Positions 27,582 to 41,809 of a DNA stretch of 64,000 bases are shown here, piece after piece. Positions within the stretch are counted from its first letter, which is position 1. The number at the start of each line of letters is the position of its first letter. The stretch lies in NCBI RefSeq assembly GCF_009914755.1, contig NC_060926.1; one strand, 5' to 3'. The translations under genes were made by a program, and so were the position numbers. The notes below the pieces were generated by a model. It worked only from the letters and a program-made list of their open reading frames with translations. It ran no database searches and was not told where the DNA came from. This DNA comes from the human T2T-CHM13v2.0 reference genome, Homo sapiens.

Positions 27582-29220
27582 CTTTTGTTTTACTTTCTGG
27601 GGTACACGTGCGGGTTTGTTATATAGGTAAATTTGTGTCATGGGGGTTTGCTATAGAGATTATTTTATCACCCAAGTATTAAGCCTAGTACCCATTAGTT
27701 ATTTTTCCTGATTCTCTCCCTCCTCCCACCCTTCACCCTCTAAAAGTTCCCAGTGTGTGTTGTTCCCTCTGTGTGTCCACATGAAATCTCATCATTTAGC
27801 TTCTACTTAAAGGGAGAACATATGGTATTTGGTTTTCTGTTCCTGCATTAGTTTGCTAAGGATAATGGCCTCCAGCTCCATCCATGTTCCTGCAAAGAAC
27901 ATGATCTCATTCTTTTTTATGGCTGAATAGTATTCCATGGGGTATATGTACCACATTTCATTTATCCAGTCTACCATTGATGAGCATTTAGGTTGACTTC
28001 ATGCCTTGCTATTGTGAATAGTGCTAGGGCAATAAACATACACATGCATGTGTCTTTATGGTAGAAAAATTTATATTCCTTTGGGTATATACCCAATAAG
28101 GGGATTACTGGGTCAAATGGTATTTCTGTTTTTAGGTCTTTGAGGAATCACCACATTGTCTTTCACAATGGCTAAATTAATTTACACTCCTACTAACAGG
28201 GTATAAGTGTTCTTTTTTCTTGGCAACCTCGCCAGCATCTGTTGTTTTTTTTTTTTTTTTTGGCTTTTTAATAACAGCCATTCTGACTGATGTCAGATGC
28301 TATCTCATTATGCTTTTGATTTCCATTTCTCTAATGAACAGTGAAGTTGAGACTTTTTTCATATGCTTCTTGGCTGCAGGTATGTCTTCTTTTGAAAAGT
28401 GTCTTTTCATGTCCTTTGCCCACTTTTTAATGGGGTTGTTTTTTTCTTGTAAATTTGTTTAAGTTTCTTATAGATGCTGGATATTAAACTTTTGTCACAT
28501 GCATAGCTTGCAAAAATTTTCTCCCATTCTGTAGGTTGTGTGTTCACTCTGTTGATAGTTTTCTTTCTGTGTAGAAGTTTAGTTTAATTAGATCCCATTT
28601 GTCAACTTTTGCTTTTGTTGCAATTGCTATTGGTGTCTTCATCATGAAATCTTTGCCTGTTCCTATGTCCAGAATGGTATTGCCTAGGTGTCTTCCAGGG
28701 TTTTTATAGTTTCGAGTTTTACATTTAAGTCTTTAATCCATCTTGAGTTGATTTTTGTATATGGTGTAAGGAAGGAGTCCAGTTTCAATCTTCTGCTTAT
28801 GGCTGGGCAGTTTTCCCAGCAGCATTTATTGAATAAGGGAATCCTGTCTCCACTGCTTGTTTTTGTCATGTTGGTCAAAGATCAGATAGTTGTAGGTGTG
28901 TGGCCTTTTTTCTTGGTTCTCCATTCTCTTCCTTTGCTCTATATGTCTGATTCTGTACCAGTACCATGCTGTTTTGGTTACTGTAGCCCTGTAGTATGGT
29001 TTGAAGTCGGGTAGTGTGATGCTTCCAGCTTTATTCTTTTGCTTAGGATTGTCTTTGCTGTTTGGGTTCTTTTTTGGTTCCATACAAATTTTAAAATATT
29101 ATTTTCTAGTTCTGTGAAGAATGTCAATGGTAGTTTGATACAAATAGCATTGACTCTATAAATTGCTTTGGGCAGTATGGCCGTTTTAACTATATTGATT
29201 ATTTTTATCTACGAGCATGG
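27582..29220 (-). mobile_element. 5'-truncated older L1PA (L1PA12/13-like)
   Basis: L1 3'UTR plus ORF2 with stops and frameshifts; degenerate TSD 27563-27581 vs 29221-29239 (16/19 identical). Confidence 0.9.
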
Positions 29221-29295
29221 AAAAGTTTCTATTATTTAAAAAAATCCCACAGAATGTTTTCATTTATTGATATTTTCAAGTTTCAATTCTGCTAA

Positions 29296-29662
<367 letters not shown>

Positions 29663-29679
29663 GCAATCACAACTTTCTA

Positions 29680-30900
29680 ATTTTATGTCTTTGTATGGTG
29701 GATTGTTAAAAATTAAATTTGATTTGTCCATTTTATTGATTTTGTAAAAAGAAGCAGCTTTTGATTCCATTTATAGATTTCTTTTTTTCACAGTTAACTA
29801 ATTTCTGTCATATTTCTTTTATTTCTTTTCTCCTGGTTTCCCTAGGACTAATTTTGTTTTTTAATCATAGCAAATAAATAAATAGATCATACACACATAC
29901 ACACACATGCATACACATACGCATGCACACACACACACAATCCGAGGTGAATATTTAGTCTAGAAACTTACTGTCATTCCTTTTCTTAAAAGTTGTGCCT
30001 TTCTGTCTGATAACCTTATTAACTAAGACATATGCATTTTAAAATGGTGCATTCTCATTTTCATTCTCATCTAAGTTATCCACCATTGTATATTTTAATT
30101 TAGCTCTTAATCCTACAGGTTTTTAGATAAATGATTTTCATTTTTATTTATTTTTGAATTTGTGAGTGATTTGGGTACTTTCTTTTAAACCCAGGTTATT
30201 AATTTGTAGGTTTGTTTGCATGTTGTTTAAAAATATGTTTTGTACAATTTCTACTTTTGGGGAATATATGTTCTGTAGGGGTGAGGCCATGACCAATTTT
30301 CCAAATTTTCATAGACACTTATATATGTCTATAAAGAAAGTTTATATATGTCTATAAATTTTTCTTTATTAATTACATTGATCAAATCTGCTGTGCTCAT
30401 ATGTATTTTCTGGGTGTTTAAGCTTTCTTGGACTAACAATATTAGTTTAAAATTTTACCACTGCTTTTCTGTTCAGCATTCTTTGGAATTAAAATCATTT
30501 TTGCTTTACTGGTTTTGATTCAACACCAAAGCTCTAACACAATTATTTTCTTACATTGCTTTGGGTTTTGCATCCACTAAAATGGTCTTATTTGTCCCAT
30601 TCAACAGTATTTGCTTGAAATTTAATTTCTCTTCAGTTATGTTTCTATCTTCTTTATGTATGCTAACATTTGCATGTCATATATTTGTTCATCCTTTCAT
30701 TTTTCATTTCCCTGTTTTTCCCTCTTTGGGCGTATTTTTATAAGTACCATGTCAGGGAGACTCTTGGAATTTTAATAAGTGGGTTTAATCCATTTGTTGT
30801 CCTGCTATGCTGCCGTGTTTTATGCTCTCAGCTTTAATGCTGCCTCCTGCTCACTTTCCTGTCTGCCCTTTGCCTTAGAGAAATATGTTTAGCTTGCTCT
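29680..30900 (-). mobile_element. Ancient L1M ORF2 fragments
   Basis: T-rich antisense L1-like sequence ('gatttgtccattttattgatttt'). Confidence 0.55.
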
Positions 30901-30953
30901 TATCTTCTGAAATGGTTTTGAACTTTGACATTCTAAATTTAATCCTATTAGAA

Positions 30954-31222
30954 CAGTGCTTTCCAGAGAGTGTTTGGCAGAACACTCATCTCATGAGACG
31001 TTCTTTAAAAAAAAAAAAAAAAAAAGATCTGTGGTCAAATACTTCGAGCTACATACCCCCAAGAGAGCCTTGAAGCACAGCAGGGTAGTAAAGGCTCTGA
31101 GAAGTCCTGCGGTGGGTGCAGGGGATGGGGAGGAGCCTGTCTTTGTTTTCCCAAGTTATTTTTTAGGAGGGCTATTACCGCCATTATAGCCTGAAGTTCT
31201 CAGCAAAATACTTCCCAAATGT
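30954..31222 (+). mobile_element. Charlie4-like hAT fossil
   Basis: 'cagtgctttccagagagtgtt...aaaggctctgagaagtcctgc'. Confidence 0.55.
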
Positions 31223-32071
31223 TAACCAAAGATGATTTTCTGAACCTTCACTGGTGTGGGGGAATTCCAGTATTGATGCTTCTCTCCTTGTGCCCTATAT
31301 AAGACGCAGCATACGGCTTAGCGTCCCAAGGAAGAAGAGGGTGAGCCCTCCAGAGCAAAGAGGTTCATAGGATGGGGAAAGGGGCACGTTTGACCTAGAG
31401 GAGACCCCCATGGGGCATGCAAGGGAGGAGAAAGCCCACTCGAGTTGGCAGGCTGCGGGGAGGCGAGGAGGGCAAAGAAGTGGAAAGTCAGAGTCCTGAG
31501 GCCTCCTCGGACTGAGCTCCCTGGGGGTAGGAAAAGGCTACAGACCCTGGAAAAACAGGAAGGAAAGGGGTAAGCAGGGCGCTTTTGTCCCACTGGGGCT
31601 CCAGGAGGAGAACAGCTTGCCCCTGTCACCACAGCAGCAGGGAGTGGTCCAGAGGGAGGGGCTGAGAGTCCGAAGTCACGCCCACCCAGGGCCCGTGGCA
31701 GATGTGGGCAGACACCATGGCCAAGGCTGCTGGGTGAGCTGCTGTCTGTGACTGAGACCCTGAGGACCAGCAGCTCTAGTGAGAACCAGCATGGGGCCCA
31801 CAGGTCCCAGGGTGTGCTGGGGGAGCTGCCTGAGTTTCCGTAGTTCAGGAGTTAGCAGTAGGGCCAGACGGGCACCAGTGGAATCAGGACGTGGCTCGGA
31901 GGCCTGAGGGGGCCCCAGATTCTCATCAGAATTCCTTCCAGGGACAGAGAACACCGAAGTTAAAGACACCTGGACTAGAGGGGGAGAAAGGAACTATTTC
32001 CAAAGGTGCATCTGAGGGCAGGAGCCCCGCAGGGGGCAGTTCAGCATCCTCGGTCACTGAAGCCAGAGACA

Positions 32072-32128
32072 GGGAGGGTGTATGGAGAGGGGGAGGGTGC
32101 ATGGAGAGGGGAATGGTGTATGGAGAGG
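32072..32128 (+). repeat. 19-bp G-rich tandem repeat, three copies
   Basis: GGGAGGGTGTATGGAGAGG units at 32072, 32091 and 32110. Confidence 0.85.
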
Positions 32129-32348
32129 GTACCTCCCACCAGCTGAGACCTTGACAAAGGACAAGGCAGCCCCCAGTGACACTTGAGAGAAAAAAACGAG
32201 GGCAAGTCACCCCCTCTCTCCCATCTCCTGCGATGCCCCTATGGACGTGGCCCTTACAGGTCAGCTTCTCAAAACTCAAAATCAGAAGAGGTTCGGCGTG
32301 AAGCGGGGAGAGAGGTGACACACAGGGACCAGCATGTGGGCTCAAGGT

Positions 32349-32572
32349 CCTCCCTGCCCCAATGCGGTGAGGTTAAGTCACTTTCCTCTCTACCCAGATG
32401 TCATCAAGCTAGAAAGGGCCAAGGACCACGGAAAAGGAGCCCCAGACACCTTTCATTAGGAAATTTGCCACTTCCTGGCCCCCTGATGCAGTGAGGTTAA
32501 GTTACCTTCCTCTCCCTCAGATGTCATCAAGCTGGAAGAGGGGGCCAGAGACCACCAAAAAAAGGAGCCCCA
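32349..32572. repeat. Diverged tandem duplication with a period of about 125 bp
   Basis: 'gtgaggttaagt..c.ttcctctc...cagatgtcatcaagct.gaa...aaaaggagcccc' occurs twice. Confidence 0.9.
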
Positions 32573-32658
32573 TTTCCTGGTCCCACCAAGCTCATCAGTC
32601 TCAGTTCAGGGATTCTGACCTACAGGGGGAGGAATGATAGAAAATAACACTAGTGTGT

Positions 32659-32929
32659 CCAGGCATGGTGGCTCACACCTGTAATCCCAGCACTTTGGGA
32701 GGCCGAGACGGGCGGATCATGAGGTCAGGAGATCGAGACCATCGTGGCTAACACGGTGAAACCCCGTCTCTACTAAAAAATACAAAAAAAATTAGCCGGG
32801 CATGATGGCGCGCGCCTGTAGTCCCAGCTACTCGGGAGGCTGAGGCGGGAGAATGGCGTGAACCTGGGAGGCGGAGCTTGCAGTGAGCCACTGCACTCCA
32901 GCCTGGGCGACAGAGCCAGACTCTTGTCT

Positions 32930-32961
<32 letters not shown>
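32659..32961 (+). mobile_element. AluY with a small internal deletion
   Basis: TSD AACACTAGTGTGT at 32646-32658 and 32962-32974; 'gaatggcgtgaacc' diagnostic. Confidence 0.95.
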
Positions 32962-32964
<3 letters not shown>

Positions 32965-33236
32965 ACTAGTGTGTATTTTTGCACATCTGAGTGAAGTGCA
33001 TAACAGTTAACCCTGACCTCCAAGTACATGAACAGATCATTAGCATGGATCAGTTTCTAAATACTTGTTTTAGTTGTAGCAAGCTCTAATGAAAGGCCTT
33101 CTTTGTTATGGTGAATGCCTATAAATCATTGCCATTTCCCCGCACAAATCAACACTAATTATTTACAACCCACATATTGTTAAACAGTGATGTCTCTGGA
33201 TCTACCTCCCTTTAATTTAAATACTGTGTGATTAGC

Positions 33237-33630
<394 letters not shown>

Positions 33631-34009
33631 TCAAAAAAAGCTCTGCCTTAGAGTGAGAGATCCACGGTGTTTCTCTGTATATGACATGTCAGCGTCAGGA
33701 GCCAGTCCTGTGGAGATCCCCAGCAGTACTTGAATGAGTTGGGAAAAATGCAACAGCTCCACTGTTTGCACCTGCTCTTCACACATTCTTTCATCATCCA
33801 GGAAGCCTGGCGGGAACCATGAGTTGGAGCAATATAGGTAGATCATCTGCTAATCACAGGAAAAATTGATAATGGAGCTTCTAGAATCATTTCTAGGATG
33901 GCTTAGTAGGATGTTTTCAACAAGTTGTCCTCGGAGCTGTATTTTGCACCTCCTCATTCAAACTGTTGCGCTGATTCCTGACACATGAGGTTTCCACGAG
34001 GGAGGACTT

Positions 34010-34183
34010 TGGCTAGAATAGGGATTGCACATCAGAATCACCTGTGGAGCGTTTAAAAGCTGGTGCCTGGTTTCCACCTGGGCCAGCTGATCAGAACCTC
34101 TGGGGATAGTGTTTTGGTGTCTATGCTGTTTAAGGAGCCTCAGACAGCTCTGGTGTGCAGGTAGAATGGGCCTGAGAACAACT
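34010..34183. mobile_element. MER5A/B hAT MITE
   Basis: 'tgcacatcagaatcacctg...tcagaacctctgggg...tgagaacaact'. Confidence 0.7.
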
Positions 34184-34332
34184 AAGCCGGGCGGAGACCT
34201 CCTAACTTCATCTGTCACTCACTCCTTCCAGGAGGAAGAGAAGTCAGTTGCTCCAGGTGACTACTGGAGGACGACCTAGATGTTTCCAGCCCAGCTCTTT
34301 ACTTTCTTCTTCTTGAGCCTGCCCACCTGCAG

Positions 34333-34408
34333 GGAGAGTGTGCTCCAGTCTGTCAGGGACTGCCTATAAGGACCACACCCTGTGGGTGTCCAGCTGTGTC
34401 CCGGCCAG
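34333..34408 (+). other. Candidate 76-nt spliced exon of an unknown, possibly non-coding, transcript
   Basis: Pyrimidine-rich acceptor ending CTGCAG at 34332 and consensus donor CAG|GTGAGT at 34409; motif evidence only. Confidence 0.3.
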
Positions 34409-34683
34409 GTGAGTGCTAATTCAATGGCAAAATATTAGTAAGTGCTCCTCGCTGAGATCTTAAGCCATATCTCCAGTGGGCTTTGGTCAGCGATAAGGCT
34501 GGTATTTTCATCTCCTGCCTGGCTCTTCTCTATATCTCTGCTTCAAAATGCAGACAGTGAAGAGCAGACTGGTGTTTATTGACAGACTCTCCCCTAAGCT
34601 AATGCCATCTCATTGGCAGGTACTTTTCTGCTACTGGGGAAAATGTAGGGAATCCTCAGAATGTGTTTCAATGTCTATATTTG

Positions 34684-34994
<311 letters not shown>

Positions 34995-35896
34995 GAATGT
35001 CTATATTTGTAATAAAGAAATATGAGTAAATAGAAGCAAATTTAATCCAGTCTCATTATAATAAACACTTGCTTGTATGTTCCTTTGCTTTTATTCTAGT
35101 TTCTAAATTAACCTTCTGGAGATGAGGGACAAATACGTATTTGCAGGGGAAGTGAAAAATGATGACTACAGAAAGGCAAATTAGGATGGAGCCCTGGGGT
35201 CCTAGGATGTGGTCTTTATATGGGTATCAGGTCTAGCATGGTCCATTGAAATTTGCCCAGAGAGTCTGGTGGGGCCACACCTCCAAACATGGTGTCATCC
35301 TCCCTGTGACAGCTCTTGCCTAACCTATGTTTCCCCACGAACTCGGAGTACACATCCTGGTCTGAAATACAGCCCTTATCCTAAACCAGAGCAGCCATTA
35401 CTGCATCGAGTGGCATGTACTTTTTTTAGAGTTTCTAATTCATATGGAAGAAATGTCTTTTAGGGAATGTTGTACCAAATTACATTCCCAGAAGAAATAC
35501 ATGAGAGTTCCCCAGTCTCACACTTCTTCTTCTTTTTTATCCTTCAACATGTAGATGAAAAATAACATGATGTGGTTATTTAACCTTCAGTTTGTTAATT
35601 CTGAGATTAAAACTTTACATATTTTATTCTTTTTTGAATTAAATGTCTCTTTATCTTCCCCTTAGAATATTTTTCTTATTTTTAAGAGATCTTTATATAG
35701 TAAAGTTCATACAGATTGAGAATATTTCCCCCAGGATGTCAATGTTATTAGTTTGTGGTGGTGGTTTTCCTGTTTTTCACAGAAATTTATAAGATCATTC
35801 ATGATATTACTTTCCTTTATTTCTGCCTTTTATGTCATGTTATTCTACCTGAATATTTTATGAAGATTCACTTGCATTTTCTTCCCTTATGTTTTA

Positions 35897-35954
35897 TTAG
35901 GTTGGAGCAAAAGTAATTGTAGTTTTGCCATTATTTTTAATGGCAAAAATCCCA
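35897..35954 (+). mobile_element. MADE1 (Hsmar1 MITE), partial
   Basis: 'ttaggttggagcaaaagtaattgtagttttgccatta...aatggcaaaaa'. Confidence 0.8.
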
Positions 35955-36701
35955 TAAAAATCCAAAAATCCCCTTCATAAACCTTCCCTCTCAATTTCCA
36001 AGTCTCAACCCCAAAATGGATGAGGGTGTTTAAAAACTGCACAAATAGATTTTAAAATCTGCATTGAAATTTCTGTACAGAGGTCTCATGGGAATGTAGT
36101 GTCTTGAGCCTCAGGTGAACCAATGGGTTGAGTCTCATTTTAATGTGTGGTTATAGCATTTTACAACCAATGAATATCTTGGACCTGGCAAAGCATGTGG
36201 CCAAATTTGGAAGCTTTCTAGACCCAGCCAACCTGCCGGGTGGTTTCTCCTGGGAAGAGAAACTGAGCATCTGACCATGACCCATGAAAGCAGAGCTGGG
36301 AGCCCAAAGGTGGGACACCATCCAGTCCCTGCTGGGACTAAGGAGGCTGCAGCCATTGTTGGGTGGATACCTTTCAAATGTGCTGAACAGGTTTTCACAT
36401 GTGGCCCTGTGGCAGCAATAAAAGTCGCAGTGTTCTTGCCTGGGCAGATGCTCCAGTTTTCCTTCCACCTGGCATTGGGAGGCAGGACAGACCCTTCTAG
36501 TCCATGTGAATCCTTAACACCAGGACTCATGGACTAATGGACAAGATTGACCATGAGCTGATAATTGTTGAAGGCTGGTGTTAGCAATGGGATGCATTAT
36601 ACCCTTCAGGAGCAGGCTATTGTGGCTGTTAGTCCCAACCCTTTGCCAGGTACAGGGTGAGGATATCTGCTCCCACTGTGAGGTTAGTTTGAGGATTTTC
36701 A

Positions 36702-37228
<527 letters not shown>

Positions 37229-37632
37229 TCAGTGAGCTGACAGGCGGGCACATAGGAACTGGGGTGTACACACACAGTTTCTTGGGGTAAAGAAGTCATG
37301 AGCATTCCCATTTGGTCCACATGGGTGATACCACAGTGGGGAGATGTTAGGTCTTGCAAAATAGAGTCCTTAGAGGGAAAAACCTTAATCAGAGAAGTTT
37401 GAGGTATTGCTGGATTCCTAGGGAGTGGCAAAGGGGTAAGAAGCCAGCTGGCATTTGTCCATATGATGGGAACGACAGGCAAGAAATCCTCAGGGACGGG
37501 GGAAGATTTCTCCAAAGAATCTAGAAATCCTTCTGCAAAAAAGAGTCAGTGCAAATATCTGCTGATCAAATTGGAACATCCCCAGCTCAAATTTTCACTC
37601 TTCCTGCAGCTCTAAAGTAGATCCTAAAGGGG

Positions 37633-37672
37633 GTGTGTGTGTGTGTTTGTGCACGCGCGTGTGCGCGCGTGT
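37633..37672. repeat. (GT)n/(GC)n alternating purine-pyrimidine tract
   Basis: gtgtgtgtgtgtgtttgtgcacgcgcgtgtgcgcgcgtgt. Confidence 0.85.
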
Positions 37673-40600
37673 TTGGGGTGGGGTGTTAAGTGGGAACAGA
37701 TGAGAGGGAAGTAGAGCAGAAGAGGAGCAGTACCATCTCCAGCTCAAGTGCAGTCTGCTTCCTGCACAGGCCTGGGCTGGGAGGAGGAGGGGCTGGTTGT
37801 CTGAATGAAGCTGTAAACTTCGACTTCTAGATGGAACTGACATTCTAATGACTAGCAGGAGACTGTGTGTTACTTAAGAATGGCCAGAAAAGCCAAGAAA
37901 CTGCCCAGCTTTTTATTGGGGCAGAGAAAAACCCAGTGCATGGAATTCATTGCAAGGAATATCAGAAGACCAAACAATGTGATCCTTACACCTAGTGAAT
38001 ACTCTGGTTCGATGTGCTGGTTACATTTAGAATTCCAGGAGAGAAATAGTAGTAAGCTAATGTTACATTTTTTTCGAGCTCCGCTCTTAAGACTTTCACT
38101 TTTAACCTTCACAGGTTAAATATTATCTCATTTATCCTTCACAGCTCCCTGGGAGAAGACGCTCTTAACTCAGAGATGCGGAGACAATCACAGATGTAAG
38201 TAATTTGCCAAAGTTCATCAAGCAGTAATGGATGCATCTGGGGTAAATTAGAACTCTTAGCCCAGTAGAGTGGGGGAGTTGGGGCTGTAGATGGACAAGA
38301 TTGACCATGAGTTGATCATTGTTAGAGGCTGGTCTGAGCAGATGGGGCACATTATACCATTCCCTCTATTCTCTTTTTCATGTTTGGAAATTTCCATAAT
38401 AAAAAGTTAAAGAGTGTGTTGAGCAAGCAGTTTGGTGAGGATGCTGAACAATCAGAGGCTGTAGATTATAAATGACTGGGAGGCCCACACCTGTGCATTC
38501 TGGCTGAGGCCCAGCCCTGGTGCAGCAGGGATTCAAACCCACCAGTCTGCCTGTAGCCCACATTTCCACTGCCTCCCCAGACTGCCTGCTTTGTTGAAAT
38601 GGCCAAAGGAGAAGTGAATCTTGTGACCAGACCCTTTTGTTCCCTCTGTCTATCACCTGACCCCTGGGTCTCTCCCTCCATCCCCATCTCCTCCTCTTAA
38701 GCTGATTGGAATATTGGGGCAACAGGGGGGATCCTCCCAAGGACTTGACAGGAAAATCAGATTTGCCCCATGAAGAGTTAAATTAACTGCAGATCTGAAT
38801 GAAGATTTACAGAACCTCACTGCAGAGGCAGAATGAGTTCTCAGCTATTAATGGAGGAACCAGATGCTCATTTGTGTAATGAACAGGTTTCAAGGTCACA
38901 TTTCTCTCTTTTCTATGAATGTGTATTCCTTGTAAAAGTCATAATAATAATCTGTTGGGGAAAGGGGTTTGATCACAAACACTGAGCATCTTTGACATCT
39001 GTGGTCTTCAACCACTAATGTACCGTTAAAGTGGCTCTAATAGTAGTTTAGGCACCAAACTGTGAGCATTTTGTTTTTGTTTGCAAGAATTAGAATGGAT
39101 TTGAGATTGTCCTTATATTATCGTCACAGTCACTCTTCTGCGTTCTGCTGCATGTTCATAAGTGTGAGAGGAAATGGTAGAATCAAGAGTTGTCCTTGGA
39201 CATCCAGGAAAGGTTTTGCACATTTGAGCACCAGTCATCATTTGTCTTGCAGTGGGAAGAAAAAAGTTAAGATCCACTGTTGTAGATGCTCAATAAGTGA
39301 TTACTGAGTTGAATTGAACACTGAATCTTGCAGTTTCTATTCAGAACAGAAGAGTAGAGATAGAAAAATGGATTCCCTTTCATTCCTTTGAACAAAAACC
39401 TCACCCAGAGGGGATGGTATGCGTGAACTGAGGGACAGATTATTCTGTTTATCACCTTTTTCAGGAAAATAACCACAAAGAATTCTTCGTGGCACATCAA
39501 ACGCTGGTTTTGTTAAAAGGTATTGATGATGATAAATTGGCCTTGAATAAAAGGTTTATGGTTAGGAGTAATTTTATTGATTTGGGGCCTGGCTGGTCTC
39601 TTGGAACTACAACATTATTTTCAGTAAATCGATTGTGTCTGGTTTGGGAAGGCTTTGTACTACATTTGTCTTAAATTATATTTAAATAATTGATCACAAT
39701 TTGTATTTGTTCATGACCTTTAACTGAACTGTCACTGACCTGTGTTGGGCTTTGGAGATCAATTCTGTGGGTGGCTCATTAGTTCTTGTGAATTTTCTGA
39801 GATGCTTGATGTTTTTCTACATTTAAATTCTCTATTAGGCATTGAATTCAGAAATCAGGAATTCTTTTTGCAAAAAAGAGATTTTGCAAAATGAGATTTT
39901 GATGAGGAGACGTGTTATCTGACTCCCTTTGCAGTTATAGAGAGGCCATGGATATGGACATCATTTTCCTCTTTTGGAGTCAGATATTGAAACTCAAGGG
40001 CAAGGAAGGAAAAGTAACACCATGAATCCCAAATGAAGACCACCTCCTTTCCCCTCAGATCTGGGCCTCTGCTGTGACTTAGGATGTCTGTTCTTATTTT
40101 GTTTTCACCCATCACCAAGAATGAAGCCCTCAGTGCCATCTTTGTCTTCTTATTCTCTCCCCTGTCTCCACCATACCCATTTGTTGCAAAACTTCTCTTG
40201 GCTCTTTTATGCTGTCTTTCGTCTCTTCCCCCCTTTCGCCCACTCCATTGCTGCTCCTCTGATGCAGGCCCTTTAAGGAAGGGGAGGCGGGGACATAAAG
40301 GGTGGCTGCATGTGCACTGGCATCCCGGGAGAACCCCCAAATGGGGGATCAGTGTACTCTCTCTTAGATTTTTAGGAACTGAACATCAAATCTGGAAGCC
40401 TGAGTATGTCCTAACTCAGGGAGTCGCCTCTCTAGTCCAGAGTTTCCCAACTGGTTCTGAAGAGCCCCAGTGTTCCATGGGTGTGAGTGGCCTTCTGGTG
40501 GGCAGATCCAGGCCAGCAGCCCCTATTTCAACAAGACCTTCCAGGCTCATCTCTTTGAAATGATTTGCCGTCACTCCTTATGTGTAGGGAAGTGACACAA

Positions 40601-40774
40601 TTCATCATAGGGGCAAATGACATTTTTGCTTTGGAAAACCCTTCAAGGTGGGTCAGGCTATAGGAGATAAAAAGGAATTATTTTGCCTTATATGGTGAAG
40701 TAGCAGAATGTTTGCATTTTCCGCAGGCAGCCCAGTGGACTGAGGGTGAAGAGCTTGTATCTCAATGATGAGGG

Positions 40775-41238
40775 TATATTAGGTTTCTAGGGCTGCCACT
40801 AAAAAGTACCAAAAACTGGGTGACTTAACAGAAATGCATTGCCTCACAGTTATGGAGGCTAGCAGTCCAAAATCAAGGTGTTGACAGGACCATACTCCCT
40901 CTGACACCTCTAGGGGAGAATCCTTTCTTACCACTTCCTAGCCCCTGATGATTGGCCAACAATCTTTGGCATTCCTTGGCTTGTAAACAACATCACTCAA
41001 TCCTCTGTGTTCACATGGCCTTCTTACTATGTCTTTTCATGTCATCCTCCCTCTAAACAGGTCTGTGTCTGTATTCCAATTTTCTCTTTTGACAAAGACA
41101 CCAGTCTTATTGGATTAGAGCCCACTCTAATGGCCTTAACCTCCACAGTGACCCTATTTCCTAATAAAGTCATATTCTGAGGTGCTGCAGATTAGGATTC
41201 AACATACCTTTTGGGGGCACACAGTTTAATCTGTTACA
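40775..41238 (-). mobile_element. MLT1C-like solo LTR
   Basis: 'tttctagggctgcc...ggcattccttggcttgta...gacaccagtc...ccctatttcctaataaagtcatattctgagg'. Confidence 0.88.
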
Positions 41239-41373
41239 AGAGGAGATGAAGGAAATGCTCAAGAGGCAAGAGATTAAGAGGTTGGGATCTCATGAGAGCA
41301 AGCCCTTTGGTGAAGAATGGCCAGAAAATTGTTACAAATGGGGAAGTCTGCTATTAAATTTGAAGGAAATCCT

Positions 41374-41650
41374 GGTTGGGCATGGTGGCTCATGCCTGTA
41401 ATCCTAGCAATTTGGGAGGCTGAGGCAGATATATCATTTGAGATCAGGAGTTCAAGGCCAGCCTGGCCAACATGATGAAACCCCATCTCCACTAAAAATA
41501 CAAAAATTTGCTGGGCATGATGGTGCATGCTTGTAATCTCAGCTACTTCGGAGGCTGAGGCAGGAGAATTGCTTGAACCTGGGATGGGGAGGTTGCGGTG
41601 AACTGAGATAGTGCCACTGCACTGCAGCCTGGGTGATACTGACTCTATCT

Positions 41651-41706
<56 letters not shown>

Positions 41707-41725
41707 AGAAAAGAAAGAAAAAGAA
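41374..41725 (+). mobile_element. Alu (old AluS) with a 54-nt pure poly-A run
   Basis: A run 41652-41705; degenerate TSD aaat(t)tgaagga..tcct. Confidence 0.93.
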
Positions 41726-41809
41726 ATTGAAGGAGTTCCTAGTTTTAATCTATAATCACTTTCTTTTTCCCCAAGCCTTTAATAAAAGCCTTGTGTGTAA
41801 CAGCTTTGT

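Noticed and set aside
31717-31733. ATG GCC AAG GCT GCT (MAKAA), resembling the HSPA1A N-terminus
   Set aside because: Similarity ends after five codons and no Hsp70 sequence follows
32384-32545. 'PDVIKLE' resembling a KRAB-B box
   Set aside because: Too short, lacks the EPW motif, and no KRAB-A or C2H2 zinc-finger array is visible in the window
40084-40563. 159-aa ORF with a hydrophobic N-terminus, overlapping a GC-box/CATAAA motif
   Set aside because: Hydrophobicity reflects a CT-rich tract; no homology or exon structure to support it
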